Position numbers and translations under genes: made by a program. From IMG/VR virus record IMGVR_UViG_2513020035_000002: a stretch of 64,000 nt of DNA. The stretch is one strand, 5' to 3'. The stretch is from an uncultured virus (IMG/VR IMGVR_UViG_2513020035_000002) (taxonomy: Duplodnaviria > Heunggongvirae > Uroviricota > Caudoviricetes). This document shows positions 38,709 through 52,000 of the stretch, in pieces; position 1 is the first letter of the stretch, and the number at the start of each line of letters is the position of its first letter. Below the pieces are notes generated by a model. It did no database searches, was not told the origin of the DNA, and worked only from the letters and a program-made list of their open reading frames with translations.

Positions 38709-41700
38709 ATGGCAGATTTAAAATTAAAAGATTTCGTTGATGAGAACGATTTGCAGAAATTGGTGGAGCTTGATAATACTATTGAGCGTGTGAGGGCTGA
38801 TTATGTTAATGCGGCCAAAGAATTAGCAAAAGGTTTGAAACTAAATGTAGAAGGCGTTGCTGATCTTGAAAAGTTGAGTAATCTTTATAATACTCAAGCA
38901 AAAACGGCTGGTTCTGCATCTGCTGAATTAACCGAAGCTCTTAGAAAACAGTCTGAAATAACTCAAACTGTCAGTAAGAAGATAGAGGAAAAGCTAAATG
39001 TAGAGAAATTATCTGCTGCTGAACTGAAGAAACTAACCAAGGCAAACTCGGATAATGCTGCGTCCTTGGAAAAGGCTGCTAAAGCGGAAGCTAACTTGAC
39101 AAAAGCGCAGAATGCCGGTAATACTACTCGTAAGAAAGCTGTTTTATCTGAAGAAGAACGTTTAAAACTTATCAGAACTGCTATTACCTTGACTAATCAG
39201 GAAGTACATAGCCGTTCACAAGCAAAGGAAATGAATAAGCAGCTGCAAAAGGCTGTTGATGTTTTGAAAGATACGGATGAAAACTATATTCGTACACTTG
39301 CCCGTCTTAATTCTACTATTGGAATCAACACTGATTACATAAAGCGAAATTCCGATCGATATAGTCAACAGAAAATGACAATTGGTGCATACCGGGAAGA
39401 AGTAAAGGCTGCATGGGTTGAGATACAGAACGGTAATAAGTCCATGCAGAATATGGGTATTATTGCCCGGAATGCAGGAAGGATGCTTAAAACGGAGATG
39501 GCTCCTGGGCTAAGCCAAGTTAGTGCAGGATTGAAAGGATGGGCTGCTGGATATATTGGTGCACAAGCTGTTGTTAGTGGAGTTGTTGCTTTATTTACAA
39601 AACTGCGTGAAGGAGTAGGTGATATTGTTAAATTTGAATTAGCTAATAGTAGGCTTGCTGCAATATTAGGAACCACTTCTGATAAAGTGAAGGAGTTAAC
39701 TGCGGATGCTCAACGTTTGGGCGCTACAACGAAATACACTGCATCCGAAGCTACGGATTTGCAAATAGAACTTGCTAAACTAGGTTTTACTCGAAAAGAA
39801 ATATTAGATGCAACAGAGCACGTTCTAAAATTTGCACAAGCTACCGGGGCAGAATTAGCAGATGCGGCTTCATTGGCAGGGGNNNNNNNNNNNNNNNNNN
39901 NNNNNNNNNNNNNNNNNNNNNATGTTTAATGCTGATACAAGAGAAACTGAAAGATATGTGTCTGCGATGGCTGTCGCAACAACCAAAAGCGCATTGTCGT
40001 TTTCATATCTCGCTACTGCATTACCAATTGTTGGACCGGTTGCAAAAGCCTTTAATTTCAGTATTGAAGATACTTTGGCTTTGTTGGGTAAATTATCGGA
40101 TGCCGGCTTTGATGCTTCAATGGCTGCTACTGCTACCCGTAATGTTTTTCTAAATTTAGCTGATAGTAATGGAAAGCTGGCGAAGGCGTTAGGTAAGCCC
40201 GTTAAAACATTGCCTGAGTTAGTTGAAGGATTGAAATCGCTAAAAGAAAAAGGAGTAGACTTGAATACTACTCTTGAATTAACTGATAAGCGTAGTGTTG
40301 CCGCTTTTAATGCCTTTCTCACCGCTGTTGATAAAATATTACCACTTAGAGAACAGATTACTGGTGTAGAACGTGAATTGGGCGATATGGCTCACACGAT
40401 GGGAGATAATGTTCATGGAGCTCTTGCTAACTTATCTTCAGCATGGGAAGCGTTTATGCTTTCTTTCTCCGAGTCAACGGGACCTGCTAAGGAATTTCTT
40501 AATTGGATGGCTGATAAAATAAGAGATATCGCCAATGATTTGAAATCTCCTGAAGAAAAAATAGAAAAGATAGATTATAATTTTAGAACACTTGCAAAAA
40601 AAGATGCGAACAAAAAGTTATTGGAAGTAGAAAAAGATTTCCAGGTAGAATATAAGAGGCTTATTGATGCTGGTGATACAGAGGAACAAGCATACACAAA
40701 AGCTGTTATTCAAATGAAAAATAAACGTATTGAAGTAACGGCCCAAGAGAGAGAAGCTTTAAAACGGATGAAAACTCGTGCTCAATATGCAACATCAGAG
40801 TTTGAAGATATGTCTTGGATAAAGAATGGTGCTGCTAAAATGTTTGGCTATTACACATCGGAAGCAGAAAAAGCGGATANNNNNNNNNNNNNNNNNNNNN
40901 NNNNNNNNNNNNNNNNAGGCTCAGTTGGAATTTTCTAAAAACTTATTCAAAATAGCATCTAGCGATGAGTTTAATCGTGGACTTGATGTGATTGCAGAAA
41001 AGTTCCGTCCAAAGGGTAACGACAAAAATGGTTCAGGTATAACAGTCCTTACTGATAAAGAAAAACGTGAACAGGAAAAAGCTCTCAAAGAGAAGCTGAA
41101 AATTCATGAAACTTATCAGGAGTCAGAACTAGCTCTTATGGATGAGGGACTGGAGAAAGAACTTGCTAAAATTGGTGTTGCTTACTCGAAGAAGATTGCT
41201 GCCGTCAAGGGTAATAGCAAAGAGGAAATTGCTACACGTCAGAATTTAGCTAAGGAAATGCAGGAAAAGCTAGATGAGTTTACTATTAAGTATAATTCTG
41301 ATCGTGAGAAGAAGGATGTTGAGAACGCTCTTGCTGTTGTAAAAAAGGGGTCCCAGGAAGAACTTGATTTGAAATTGCACCAGTTGGAATTGCAACGTGA
41401 AGCAGAAATTGATGCAGCAGAGAAAACAGGTGAAGATGTTTTTCTCATTGACGACAAATATGCAAAAAAGAAACAAGAACTTTACGAAAGACATGCATCC
41501 GATCAGGTGCAATTAATAGCAGAGAATGCAGCGCATGAGCAGGAAATCCGGGATGCTGCCTATGTTATGGATACGCTTGCTCTTAAAAAACAGTTAGCTT
41601 CTAAGGAAATAACCCAGCAGGAGTATGCAGAACTTGAGTATCAGTTAAAATTAGATTATGTACGTAAAACCTCGGAAGCTGCCATTGACGCTTTGGAATC

Positions 41701-42720
41701 CGAACTTGCTACTGCCAACTTGAGTACGGACAAAAGGGAGAAACTTGAGGAGAAACTTGCAAAATTGAAAGCGGACCTTGCCCAAAAAGAAGCAGAAACA
41801 GAAATAGATGCTATCAATAAAGTTACTAAAGCGGATGAGAAAGCACAGAAAGAACGTCAGAGGAATCTGAAAAAATGGCTTCAAACTGCATCTCAAGCAG
41901 TGGGTGCTATTGGTGATCTAGTCTCTACTATTTATGATGGTCAGATTCAGAAAATAGAAGAAGAGCAGGAAGCTAATGATGAGAAATATGATAAGGATGT
42001 AGAACGAATACAGAATCTAGCTGATTCNNNNNNNNNNNNNNNNNNNNNNNNNNNNNNNNNNNGGGAGCAATCTCCGAAGAAGAAGCAGAAGCTCGTAAGC
42101 GTGCGGCCAAGGAAAGAACTGAAGCTAAGAATGCTGAACTTGAAAAACAAAAACAAGAAATGGCACGTAAACAAGCCATTTGGGAAAAGGCGACTAGTGT
42201 CGCTCAAGCTGGAATAGCCACTGCACTGGCAATAACTGAAGCTTTACCGAATATTCCTTTATCTATTGTTATTGGTGCCATGGGAGCAATTCAGGTTGCA
42301 ACTATTCTTGCAACTCCTATTCCTTCCTATGCAGACGGTACTCAAGGTAATGATAGGCATCCCGGCGGTACCGCTTTAGTTGGTGATGCCGGTAAACATG
42401 AAGTTATCATGTATTCCGGAAAAGCATGGATTACTCCTGATACTCCAACTTTAGTTGATATTCCTAAAGGTGCGCAAGTCTTTCCTGATGTTGATAAGGT
42501 AGATATCTCTAATTTTGATATACCGGATTGGGACTTTCCCACATTTTCACCGACATATTTTGCATCTTCTTCCGGTGACACCATTGTTTTCAATGATTAT
42601 TCCCGGTTAGAAAAAAGGGTTGATAGAACAAATTTCCTTTTGATGAAGAGTCTAAAAATGCAACGCCAAGATGCTTCTAACCGTGAATTTGAACTGTATA
42701 AGTTATCTAAACTGAAATAG
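38709..42720 (+). CDS. tape measure protein, split by three N runs
   Basis: LGATTKYTASE, LAKLGF, GFDASMAATATR; long helical repeats; ALVGDAGKHE. Confidence 0.9.
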
Positions 42721-42722
42721 CC

Positions 42723-43333
42723 ATGATTGAAAGATTAAATCAGATAACATTGAGTGATTTCATTGAACTTTCATGCGGAAACTATGCTTGTTTGCTTTCG
42801 GACTGCAAATCTATGTCCGAAAGCACGCTTAAAGAAATAGCGTCTAAATTACTTGTCGAATACAGAAGTATTGTTAATCCTTCAAATATGAAGGCTATGG
42901 TAATGGATAAAGAGGATATGCTGAAAGAACGTGCCAAACTATTGAGTCTTCGTATTTGTCAGGTTCTTGTTTCTCTTGGCTTTTATGATGATGTTCGTCA
43001 GGTATTGGNNNNNNNNNNNNNNNNNNNNNNNNNNNNNGTCAACTAAATGTAGATACCCGAAATATGAGTGATGAACAAGTAATATCGAAGATTGATTATT
43101 TACTTCATTCTGCAATTTTTGAGCAAAAACGGAATGAGGAAAGACGCAGTGAGGAACATAAAGGAAGTAAGGCTACTCCTGAACAAATTCGTTCTTCTTT
43201 TGATGCAGAGATTGCTTTTCTAATGACATTCTTTAAAATGAGTATTGATTCCCGCGTAATTAATGCTGCTGTCTATGCGAATATCGTTCATCAAGCTGAT
43301 GTTGAAATATCGATCAGAAAAAGAAGCACATGA
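42723..43333 (+). CDS. hypothetical protein, split by N run
   Basis: Two ORF fragments either side of the gap. Confidence 0.6.
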
Positions 43334-43440
43334 TAATATTGGTATTACATATATGCTGTAATTCGATTAATTTCTAATTAAAGCGAATTATTTCATACAG
43401 TCGTTTGTACATCTCCTTTAGAATCACAAACGACTTTTTT

Positions 43441-43728
43441 ATGAATAGAAAAAACAGCATCCATTGTATAAATAGGCATTTATACAATGTTTTATTGTCA
43501 GAATTACGTACATTAGAGACGAAGTGTAATCGGATAACGGCAGAAGTGTCCGAGGTAAAAAAAATGATTGCCTTATTGCCCCCCGATATAGGCACTCTTA
43601 TTAGTTCAATCGAGCGTTCTGCTAAGGAAATGCACGAACAAAGTATCATGCACCGGAAATATGTGGAAAGGTGCATTAATGGCGAACCGAAGATACACCT
43701 AATAAGGAGGGCTGACAATGGACTTTGA
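43441..43728 (+). CDS. coiled-coil hypothetical protein
   Basis: Overlaps the sigma gene start. Confidence 0.55.
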   Translation: MNRKNSIHCINRHLYNVLLSELRTLETKCNRITAEVSEVKKMIALLPPDIGTLISSIERSAKEMHEQSIMHRKYVERCINGEPKIHLIRRADNGL

Positions 43729-44191
43729 AAAGGAATTATCAGAAATATATCCTTGGATATTAAAGGTGGCAAGAAAATTCTGCTGTTCCATGCAAGATGC
43801 TGAAGACTTAGCCGGTGATACAGTTTATAAGCTACTTGTGAATCGTGATAAATTTGATTGTTCTAAACCACTTCAACCGTGGTGCCTTATTATAATGAGG
43901 AATACTTATATAATAAGATACAATAGAAATTCCCTTATACATTTTACAGGGCTTGATATGGTAGACGGAAGTGCCATTTCTAACTGTACAGCTCATTCAA
44001 TACTGTTTGATGATTTGGTTTCCACAATACAACGGTGTGCTAAAAAATCCCGTTGTATTGATAGTGTGATGTATTATGCTAGTGGGTATTCATATGATGA
44101 GATAAGTGAAATCCTAAACATTCCTGTTGGAACTGTAAGAAGTCGTATTTCTTCTGCTCGGAAGTTTATACTCCAAGAGATTTCTTATTAG
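43718..44191 (+). CDS. ECF-type sigma-70 factor
   Basis: DAEDLAGDT (region 2); GYSYDEISEILNIPVGTVRSRISSAR (region 4). Confidence 0.9.
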   Translation: MDFEKELSEIYPWILKVARKFCCSMQDAEDLAGDTVYKLLVNRDKFDCSKPLQPWCLIIMRNTYIIRYNRNSLIHFTGLDMVDGSAISNCTAHSILFDDLVSTIQRCAKKSRCIDSVMYYASGYSYDEISEILNIPVGTVRSRISSARKFILQEISY

Positions 44192-44327
44192 TGAGTTAAA
44201 TAAGTATGTCAAAAGTGACATCATATTGTCTCAAAAAAAGGATAGAAATACCATTCTTTTTGGTAGCTTTGTGTATTGATTTTGTATATTTAATATTGAT
44301 ATTTTATTTGTTTAATTTTAGAATTTA

Positions 44328-45399
44328 ATGCACATGAAAGAAGGAACTATTATTCAAGCAATTGGAATTAATGATTGGGAAAATCAAACAGGTGGAGATT
44401 TCACAAATATTCCGTATGAGGATAGTATTATAAAGATTTCAATAGCTCCTCCCAAACATTTTACAATCCAAATTTATGAAAACAAAAAACTCATTCATAA
44501 ATTTGTTTCACAGCCTATATCTTTTAAAAACAATGGTATGGTATTTATGGTTATTAAATGGGATGAAGTATCAGGGATTACATTTAGATTGGAGGATAAA
44601 CAAATAGCTGATAGTAGCAAGCAAAATGCAATCGAAATTACACCTGTAAATCTTAATGTAAAACAGGCTTGGGTTTATAAAGAACCTAATATTAAAGATA
44701 AATGTTCTAAATGGATTGAATGGAGGAAAGAAAATTTCCCTAATCCACAANNNNNNNNNNNNNNNNNNNNNNNGTGAAATTGAAAAAGATGAAATTTTAA
44801 AAGACAAAGAAGAACAAGTAGAAGAACTTCGGGACAAAATAATGGCGTTAATAGACCTCTATTATTCTGTATTTATATCCAATAAAAGATATCTACTATC
44901 ATGTATATATTCTTTATTAAGAGCATTGTTGTTTTGGCCGAAAACATCNNNNNNNNNNCAATAAAAGAAAGATATATAAACCATTACTTATAAGAATAGC
45001 TGGTTTTGAAAATTTACCTCTTCCTGTTTATGCAATACCAAGTAAACTTGGAATAGAAAAATCTGACGAGCTTGTTCCCCATGTTATGTTTGAAAATCAA
45101 ATAGCAAGTATTGATTTCAAAGATGATAGATTTGATATTATGGATATACAGGAATGGCTCGAACAACCTATAATTGTAGATACTGAAAAAGATGTATATA
45201 AAGTAAANNNNNNNNNNTATTATTTGATTCTGCTAATAGTTGGGGAGCACATAGTGATGAAAGTGTTCCTTTCTTCTTAAACAGGGTAAAACGAATAGAA
45301 GTTTTGTCAGATGAATTTTTACTCAATATTATAAAGAATGTAACAGAGGTTACAATTGAATCAGGAAAGTTCGTTCTTAACAAGATAGAAAGGAAGTAA
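44328..45399 (+). CDS. AT-rich moron protein, fragmented by Ns
   Basis: Consecutive ORF pieces; TAGCTTTG at 44264-44271. Confidence 0.6.
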
Positions 45400-45609
45400 A
45401 TTATNNNNNNNNNNGTATATCAATTCTATATTTCCCCAATAATGCAATTATGCTTAGAGAAACAATATTCGAAGCTTTAAAAAAAGAGGTGTAACACTAG
45501 TGGAACTTGCTAATCATTTATGGAGAACATTGAAAAGTCCTTTTTATATCTTGGTATAGATATTGTTTTGAAAAACAAATAGTTATATCATATTTTAGCA
45601 AAGCGTGAT

Positions 45610-45660
45610 TTTCAAGAATTTAGCCAATCGGGAAACTGGTTGGCTTTTTCTATATATTTG
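45610..45660 (+). promoter_or_regulatory. late-type promoter, copy B
   Basis: CAAGAATTT...GGGAAAC...TATATTTG. Confidence 0.6.
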
Positions 45661-45686
45661 CTCGTGAACGTTCAAAAGGAGTTAAA

Positions 45687-47708
45687 ATGCTTTGTAAATA
45701 TGTACTTACCGTTGATAGTATTTCCTATGATATTCCCAAATCTTGTATTCAGAATTGGGATGAAATAAAGTTTTCCCGTAAACGCTCCGGACTTGAAGGA
45801 ATAACTAGAACCTTTACTTCAAAATTCCAGTTTGTGGGAGAAGCCTATGATCTCATATTGGAGGAGTATTTGAGCAAATACCTGGCTTCTAATGCTAGTA
45901 TCACTGTTTATACTATAACTAATTCTCATACTTATGAAGAATTCTTCAGTTGCCGACTGGATTTCGGTTCATTGACCTATGATGGAAATGCTGTTTCTAT
46001 TAATTCGATAGATGATAGTGTCGCTAATATCATAAAGGCTAACAAAGGAACGCAGTACGAATATTCGGTAGATGAGANNNNNNNNNNNNNNNNNNNNNNN
46101 NNNNNNNNNNNNNNNNNNNNNNNNNNNNNTTATGATTCTGTAAGTATGAATTATAGTCAACCGCATACATTAGGTGGTAATACTGTAGAAAATGATGCTT
46201 CTTTGCAATATATTGTAATTGACAAAGGAATATATGTAGAAGCTATAACATATTCGCTTCCCTTATATATTTCTGGTGGTGAACTTCCGTCACGGGATTC
46301 ACCTCTTGAGTTTTATGATGCACCACAGGAATCGAAAGATGATCCAAATGTATTTGTTAAAGCCTTGTCCGACATTGATATAGTATTGAATTTTAGTTTT
46401 GAATACTATATCAGTTATAGTGATGCGTATACAACTAAAGCTGAAATTGTTCTAGGTGGGCGTTACGAAGATGGTCGTTTAGTCGAGTTGAAAAGATGGG
46501 GGTATAATAAGGGGGATGTTACTCCAAGTAATCTGAATGAATCCATCAAGATTCATCTGACTAAAGGGCAGGCTTTATTTTTTGATTTGAAGGTAACATT
46601 TAACAGAGTTAATGCTTCTACTGGCAATATTTATTTTCGTAATTTCAAATTTGAGACACGCTTTACTTCTCGAGCTAACCCTATCTATGTGGATGCAATA
46701 AGACCTATTGATGTGTTAAACCGATTGCTTAAAAGCATGAATGGTGGAAATGAAGGTATCTATGGTGAAATAGCTTCAGGTGTTGATGAAAGGTTAGATA
46801 ATTGCGTGATATTAGCTGCTGAAAGTATTCGTGGAATCCCCCAAGCTAAGCTATATACTTCTTATACAAAGTTTAAAAACTGGATGGAAACAGTTTTTGG
46901 CTTTGTGCCTGTGATCAATGGTGTCACTGTTTTTTTTAAACACCGGGACAAATTGTTTAGTGATAACAATGTAAAGGATTTAAATAGCAGCTTTTCTAGT
47001 TTTGAGTATAAGGTTGATTCATCAAGAATATATTCTTTGGTTAGGGTAGGATATGATAAACAGGACTATGAAAGTATGAATGGTCGTGACGAATTCCGAT
47101 TTACTACTGAATATACTACTGGCATTGATATAACTGATAATGTATTAGAGTTGATTAGCCCTTACCGTGCTGATGTTTATGGAATTGAATTCTTATCGCA
47201 AAAGAGAGGCCAAGATACAACGGATAGTGAAAGTGACAATGATGTGTTTTTTGTTTGTGCCAGTACTACATTACATGATAATGGCGGAGTACAAACATAT
47301 AAAGAGTATAGGCTTATAAGGAGCGGTTGGGAAATAAGTGGTGTACTTGATCCTGAAACGATGTTTAATACCATGTATTGGCAAGGAGGCATATTGCAAG
47401 CAAATGCCGGCTATATTGGTATGTTCACTAAAAAACTATCTTATTCTTCTTCTGACGGTAATAGTGATGTTGTTGTCAATGGTATAGGAATGAAAGATGA
47501 TTTTAACGTTGAAAGTGGTATTATAACTTGTGGAGATGTTTCATTCACAACTTATAATGAAGATATTCCACCAACAGATGATGAAACGATTAAAATCTTA
47601 AAAGATGATCTAGTTTACGAGGGCTACATCAAAGAGGTGAGTAGTACAGTTGAGAGAAACGAGGGAGTGAAGTATGATTTATTTGTCCGTTCAATAACAA
47701 AAGCCTAG
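45687..47708 (+). CDS. tail tip/baseplate protein
   Basis: Large beta-rich ORF after the tape measure gene. Confidence 0.65.
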   Translation: MLCKYVLTVDSISYDIPKSCIQNWDEIKFSRKRSGLEGITRTFTSKFQFVGEAYDLILEEYLSKYLASNASITVYTITNSHTYEEFFSCRLDFGSLTYDGNAVSINSIDDSVANIIKANKGTQYEYSVDEXXXXXXXXXXXXXXXXXXYDSVSMNYSQPHTLGGNTVENDASLQYIVIDKGIYVEAITYSLPLYISGGELPSRDSPLEFYDAPQESKDDPNVFVKALSDIDIVLNFSFEYYISYSDAYTTKAEIVLGGRYEDGRLVELKRWGYNKGDVTPSNLNESIKIHLTKGQALFFDLKVTFNRVNASTGNIYFRNFKFETRFTSRANPIYVDAIRPIDVLNRLLKSMNGGNEGIYGEIASGVDERLDNCVILAAESIRGIPQAKLYTSYTKFKNWMETVFGFVPVINGVTVFFKHRDKLFSDNNVKDLNSSFSSFEYKVDSSRIYSLVRVGYDKQDYESMNGRDEFRFTTEYTTGIDITDNVLELISPYRADVYGIEFLSQKRGQDTTDSESDNDVFFVCASTTLHDNGGVQTYKEYRLIRSGWEISGVLDPETMFNTMYWQGGILQANAGYIGMFTKKLSYSSSDGNSDVVVNGIGMKDDFNVESGIITCGDVSFTTYNEDIPPTDDETIKILKDDLVYEGYIKEVSSTVERNEGVKYDLFVRSITKA

Positions 47709-47712
47709 AAAT

Positions 47713-49026
47713 ATGATTATAAGCCCGTTTACCCCACTGTTTTTTTCTCCGTCTACCGATAAATTTGGAGCGAAGAGTAAATATGTGCAATTATTCGCAC
47801 GTACAGACAGGATTTTTGTTGAATTGATTTTGACAGCCAAAGAGCAGGAGCCTATAGTTTACATTAATAATCTTTTAAGTAATATATCTACACCTGTATC
47901 ATTAAGCTCATGGAAGATGAATGATGATAAGATTCTTTATTTCTATAACATTTCATTGCTTCCATGTGGATACTATACTGTAACAGTTAATGGGAATACG
48001 AGTGAGATTTTTAAAGTTACGGACGATGAATGTGAGTTATCAGAAACCAGCCTTATTCAATATTCAATGAAAGATAATAAGCAGCGTCTTGATGCTGTCT
48101 GGTGGATAGATGGGATGCAATACTTTTTTGATTTTCGCGTTCCTGGTGGTTTCAAAGATAACGGATGGACGTTCGGTGTGGATAATGAGCAGTTCGTGAC
48201 CTCTGATGAGGATATTGTTGAGCTATTCAGCCACGAATATACAACAGTATTATTCACGCTTGGAAATGGGATGGGATGCCCTGTGTGGTTTGCTGAATTA
48301 TTGAATCGTGTCTTATGCTGTAATTACGTCTACTTTGATGGTGTTCGATATACCAGAAAGGAAAGTAATGTTCCGGAACTTAACCAGCAAATAGAGGGAT
48401 TGAAGAGTTTTGTGTTCAATCAAATGTTACAGAAGGTAAGAACGATGAATCCAGTTTTGGAATGGAATAACCAGCTTGCTATGAGGTGTGTACAAAGCGG
48501 TGCTTATAGGATAGCAGATGATGAAGGAATGCGTAGTATCAAGTATGGTTCAGAAAGTGGGGTTGCAGAGGTCGGAGCATATATCAATATGACTAAGGCT
48601 ATTCCTAATACTGGAGTTTCTATTAATAGTGATACTATGGTTACTGTCAACAGTATTCATCACCCAGGTGTTGATGAAAATTCATATTGGGATTTGATTG
48701 CAATCAAGACGACTGACATAGATAACAAGTATATTGGTAGAAGAGGTTACGGTAAACTTACAGTTAATGGACTGGATAGACTAAAGAACGATTTGGACAA
48801 CGGTTCGATAAATTTGCGTGCTGTACTATATAAAGGAGATTCGTATACTAACCTCATTGAAGGGAGTGTAATCAGTAGGGATGGTGTATGTGTCTTGAAA
48901 GGTATTAACGGTGGAGATATTGGTGCTCTGAAGGAGTTCCAACTTTATCTTGATAATGTCTATGATTGCGACATAGATAATCTTGGTATGACCATTGAGC
49001 TTGTATGGGTATATGAAAATGATTAA
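47713..49026 (+). CDS. tail protein
   Basis: Position. Confidence 0.6.
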   Translation: MIISPFTPLFFSPSTDKFGAKSKYVQLFARTDRIFVELILTAKEQEPIVYINNLLSNISTPVSLSSWKMNDDKILYFYNISLLPCGYYTVTVNGNTSEIFKVTDDECELSETSLIQYSMKDNKQRLDAVWWIDGMQYFFDFRVPGGFKDNGWTFGVDNEQFVTSDEDIVELFSHEYTTVLFTLGNGMGCPVWFAELLNRVLCCNYVYFDGVRYTRKESNVPELNQQIEGLKSFVFNQMLQKVRTMNPVLEWNNQLAMRCVQSGAYRIADDEGMRSIKYGSESGVAEVGAYINMTKAIPNTGVSINSDTMVTVNSIHHPGVDENSYWDLIAIKTTDIDNKYIGRRGYGKLTVNGLDRLKNDLDNGSINLRAVLYKGDSYTNLIEGSVISRDGVCVLKGINGGDIGALKEFQLYLDNVYDCDIDNLGMTIELVWVYEND

Positions 49027-49037
49027 AAAAGAGAATT

Positions 49038-52000
49038 ATGACAGAAACAGAAAAACAACAGATTATTAGCCTTGTGTTACAAGCGTTGAAGACAAACAGT
49101 CTTACAATAGAGCAACTGACTGATACAACAGAGCTATCCAAAGATATGTACGTTGAAGTTAGTGGCGGTCGGAAAATATCTANNNNNNNNNNNNNNNNNN
49201 NNNNNNNNNNNNNNNNNNNNNNNNNNTTTACTTTCAAGTACCATTGCTAAAATGGTGAATGGTGATTTTGATGCATTAGTGGAGAATGTCAATAAGATTG
49301 CAAAAGATTTATCGGATGGAGACGCCGAGTTATTGAAACGTATAACAGGAGTGTCTGATAAATCCAATCCTTTGACTGACCCATTTAAAAGTATTGGCTC
49401 TTTTACTACTATTGGTAGCTTTAAAGATAAATTAAAAACAATGTATTCCGGGGATTCTTCTATTGGGAATTATCGGTGTATTTTGTCTGTTGATTCGTCT
49501 AAGATTCCTGTAAATATACAAATTGAACGGTTGGAGCTTAATAAGGTTTGTCAATCATTCACTTCGTGTATACAACTGGCTACCATGTCAGACAATGCCG
49601 AAGGTGTATATTTAGGTACAGTTTGTACAATCTCACGAATAGGTATTGTTTCCAATGAGAGTGTTGCATGGGGCAAATGGACTTCTGTAATAAATGACTT
49701 TGAGGAAAGGATAGGAAAAGCGAACGGTATCGCTCCTTTGAACGAAGAAAGTAAAGTTCCTTCTGAATGTCTGCCTGAACCGTTGTCTCTTGGGGAAGGT
49801 GAAGAAGAAGCTTTCCCCGGCAACCGTGGAAAGTCTTTGGAAGATACAATGAAAAATATCCCTTCCGATATAATCAAACCGGGTTCTTTCTCCGTCCTGT
49901 CTGACGCTTCCTATCTCGATGTGTATTTTAAGAAAGTGTCCAAAACAACCGGTAAAGAAACGGATGACAGCTTCCGTCTGCCTTCTGCTACCCTTGAACA
50001 AGCCGGCCTTTTGTCCGCCGAGGATAAGCAAGCCCTTGAGGATATGAAGAGCGGCACGCCCGCTGACGATGTAACACACCCCATCGTCATTGTTGATGAG
50101 ATCCGCCCATTGAAAGACGGCTACTATACCCTTGAAACCGCTATTGCCGCCATTGTCTCCTATCAACAGGAATCTGGCGTCAAATATGAGCGAACGGGTC
50201 TCATCATTACTTACAAAACAGGCGAGTATGAAATGGAAACCCGGCAGTTCCAGGGTGCTGTGTCCGATTTTGCGACCCCTTCTCTTTGGAAACCCTTCGG
50301 GAATGGTGGTGGCGGTTCCGTTTTTGAAACTTCCGATGAACCGGCGGAAGGGGGAAAGGACGCCTTTTCAACTGGTGGCGCCTATGCCTATGTTCCGGCC
50401 AACCTCGACGTAAACGTGGAAACAGAAGGCATTGTAAAACTTCAGATGAAGAACGCTGCCGGTGAAACCCTTGGCGATGAAGTGCAGTTCGCTATCGGCA
50501 CGGGTGGCGGCGGTCAAACTGGTGGTACCATTGTTGCCATTGCTTTCCAGTCGACACCTGTCTATGGTTCTTACGGCTCCACGCTACGAACCTTTGCCGC
50601 CATTCGTTCCGTGACCTCGAACGGTGTCGAATCCTCTGACAACCTGATTGAGAAACTGGAACTCGTAGACCGTGAAAGCGGGCTTACCGTCTGGACTGAA
50701 ACCGTCAACAAAGCATCTTCCGGTGACATGAAGGACTTCTCCTTTGAACTGGACTTCACCACATACTTTACGGCTGCTGGTACTCGGAAATTCAAGCTGA
50801 TAGCCACTGACGAAAGCGGCAACACCGGTTCCAAGAATGTCAATGTAACAGCTGTTGATATTACCTGTACCTGTGTGCAGGTGCTCAACTATACCCCTGA
50901 AACTCTGCTTACTCCGACAACTGAAAGTTTCAGCCTTCCACTCTATAAGTTCGGAAACAACACCTCTGATAAAGGTATCAGTGCCCAGGTTGACATCAAG
51001 ATTAATGGTGAATGGCAATCCCTGTCTACCACCGTTGTAAATGACAACTACTCGCACTCCGTTGTAATCCGCCCTGCTTCCCTCGGCCTAGAACACGGTA
51101 CCTATCCCTTGCGCATCCAAGGAACGGATGTCGCATCCGGAGTGAAAGGAAATGTCATCTACACGGCTGTCATGGTAATTGACCCGAATAGTTCCACACC
51201 TCTTGTCGCCTTGAGATACGATGATAAAAACGGTGGAGTAGTCCGACTGTACGAAACCGTAGAACTTGATGTTGCCTGTTATGACCCGTTGGAAATGACT
51301 TCACCCGTCAGCGTGAAAGCCAATAACGTGCAGGTAACACAAATTGCTGCCAGTCGTAACAAAACCTATCAGGTCAAACAACAACTGCAGGGCTACAAGG
51401 CTGACGGCACCGATACGGTCAACTATACTGCCGTATGCAAGGACGTGACTAGCGAACCTGTCCGGGTGACAGTTAGCGGTTCCGCCATTGACGCCGCCAT
51501 AAAAGAAGGCGCCATCTATAACTTTGACTTCTCATCCCGTACCAATCAGGAAACTGACCATAGCATTGTCAGCGGTAATTATGAAATGAAAGTGGACGGT
51601 GCCAACTGGACTACCAACGGTTTTGGCACATTCTTGGGTGAGAACTGCCTTCGCGTAGCCGAGAATGTGGGCGTGTCATTAAACCATGCCCCGTTTGCCG
51701 GCTCGTCCATCGAATCCAACGGTGCCGCCATCCAGTTCGCTTTCGCTTCCAAGAACGTGACCGATGATGATGCCCTGCTCCTTAGCTGCTATGACGAAAC
51801 GTCCGGTGCCGGCTTCTATGTCACCGGCCGGGTGGTCGGCATCTTCTGTAACAATGGCGTTTCCCGTCGTGAAGAACGCGCCTATCGACAGGGTGAAAAG
51901 ATAACCGTAGCCGTGGTTGTTGAACCTGCAAGCAACTACGTTGAACGTGACGGCACACGGTATTCCATGATGAAACTCTTCCTCAACGGTGAGGAAGTCG

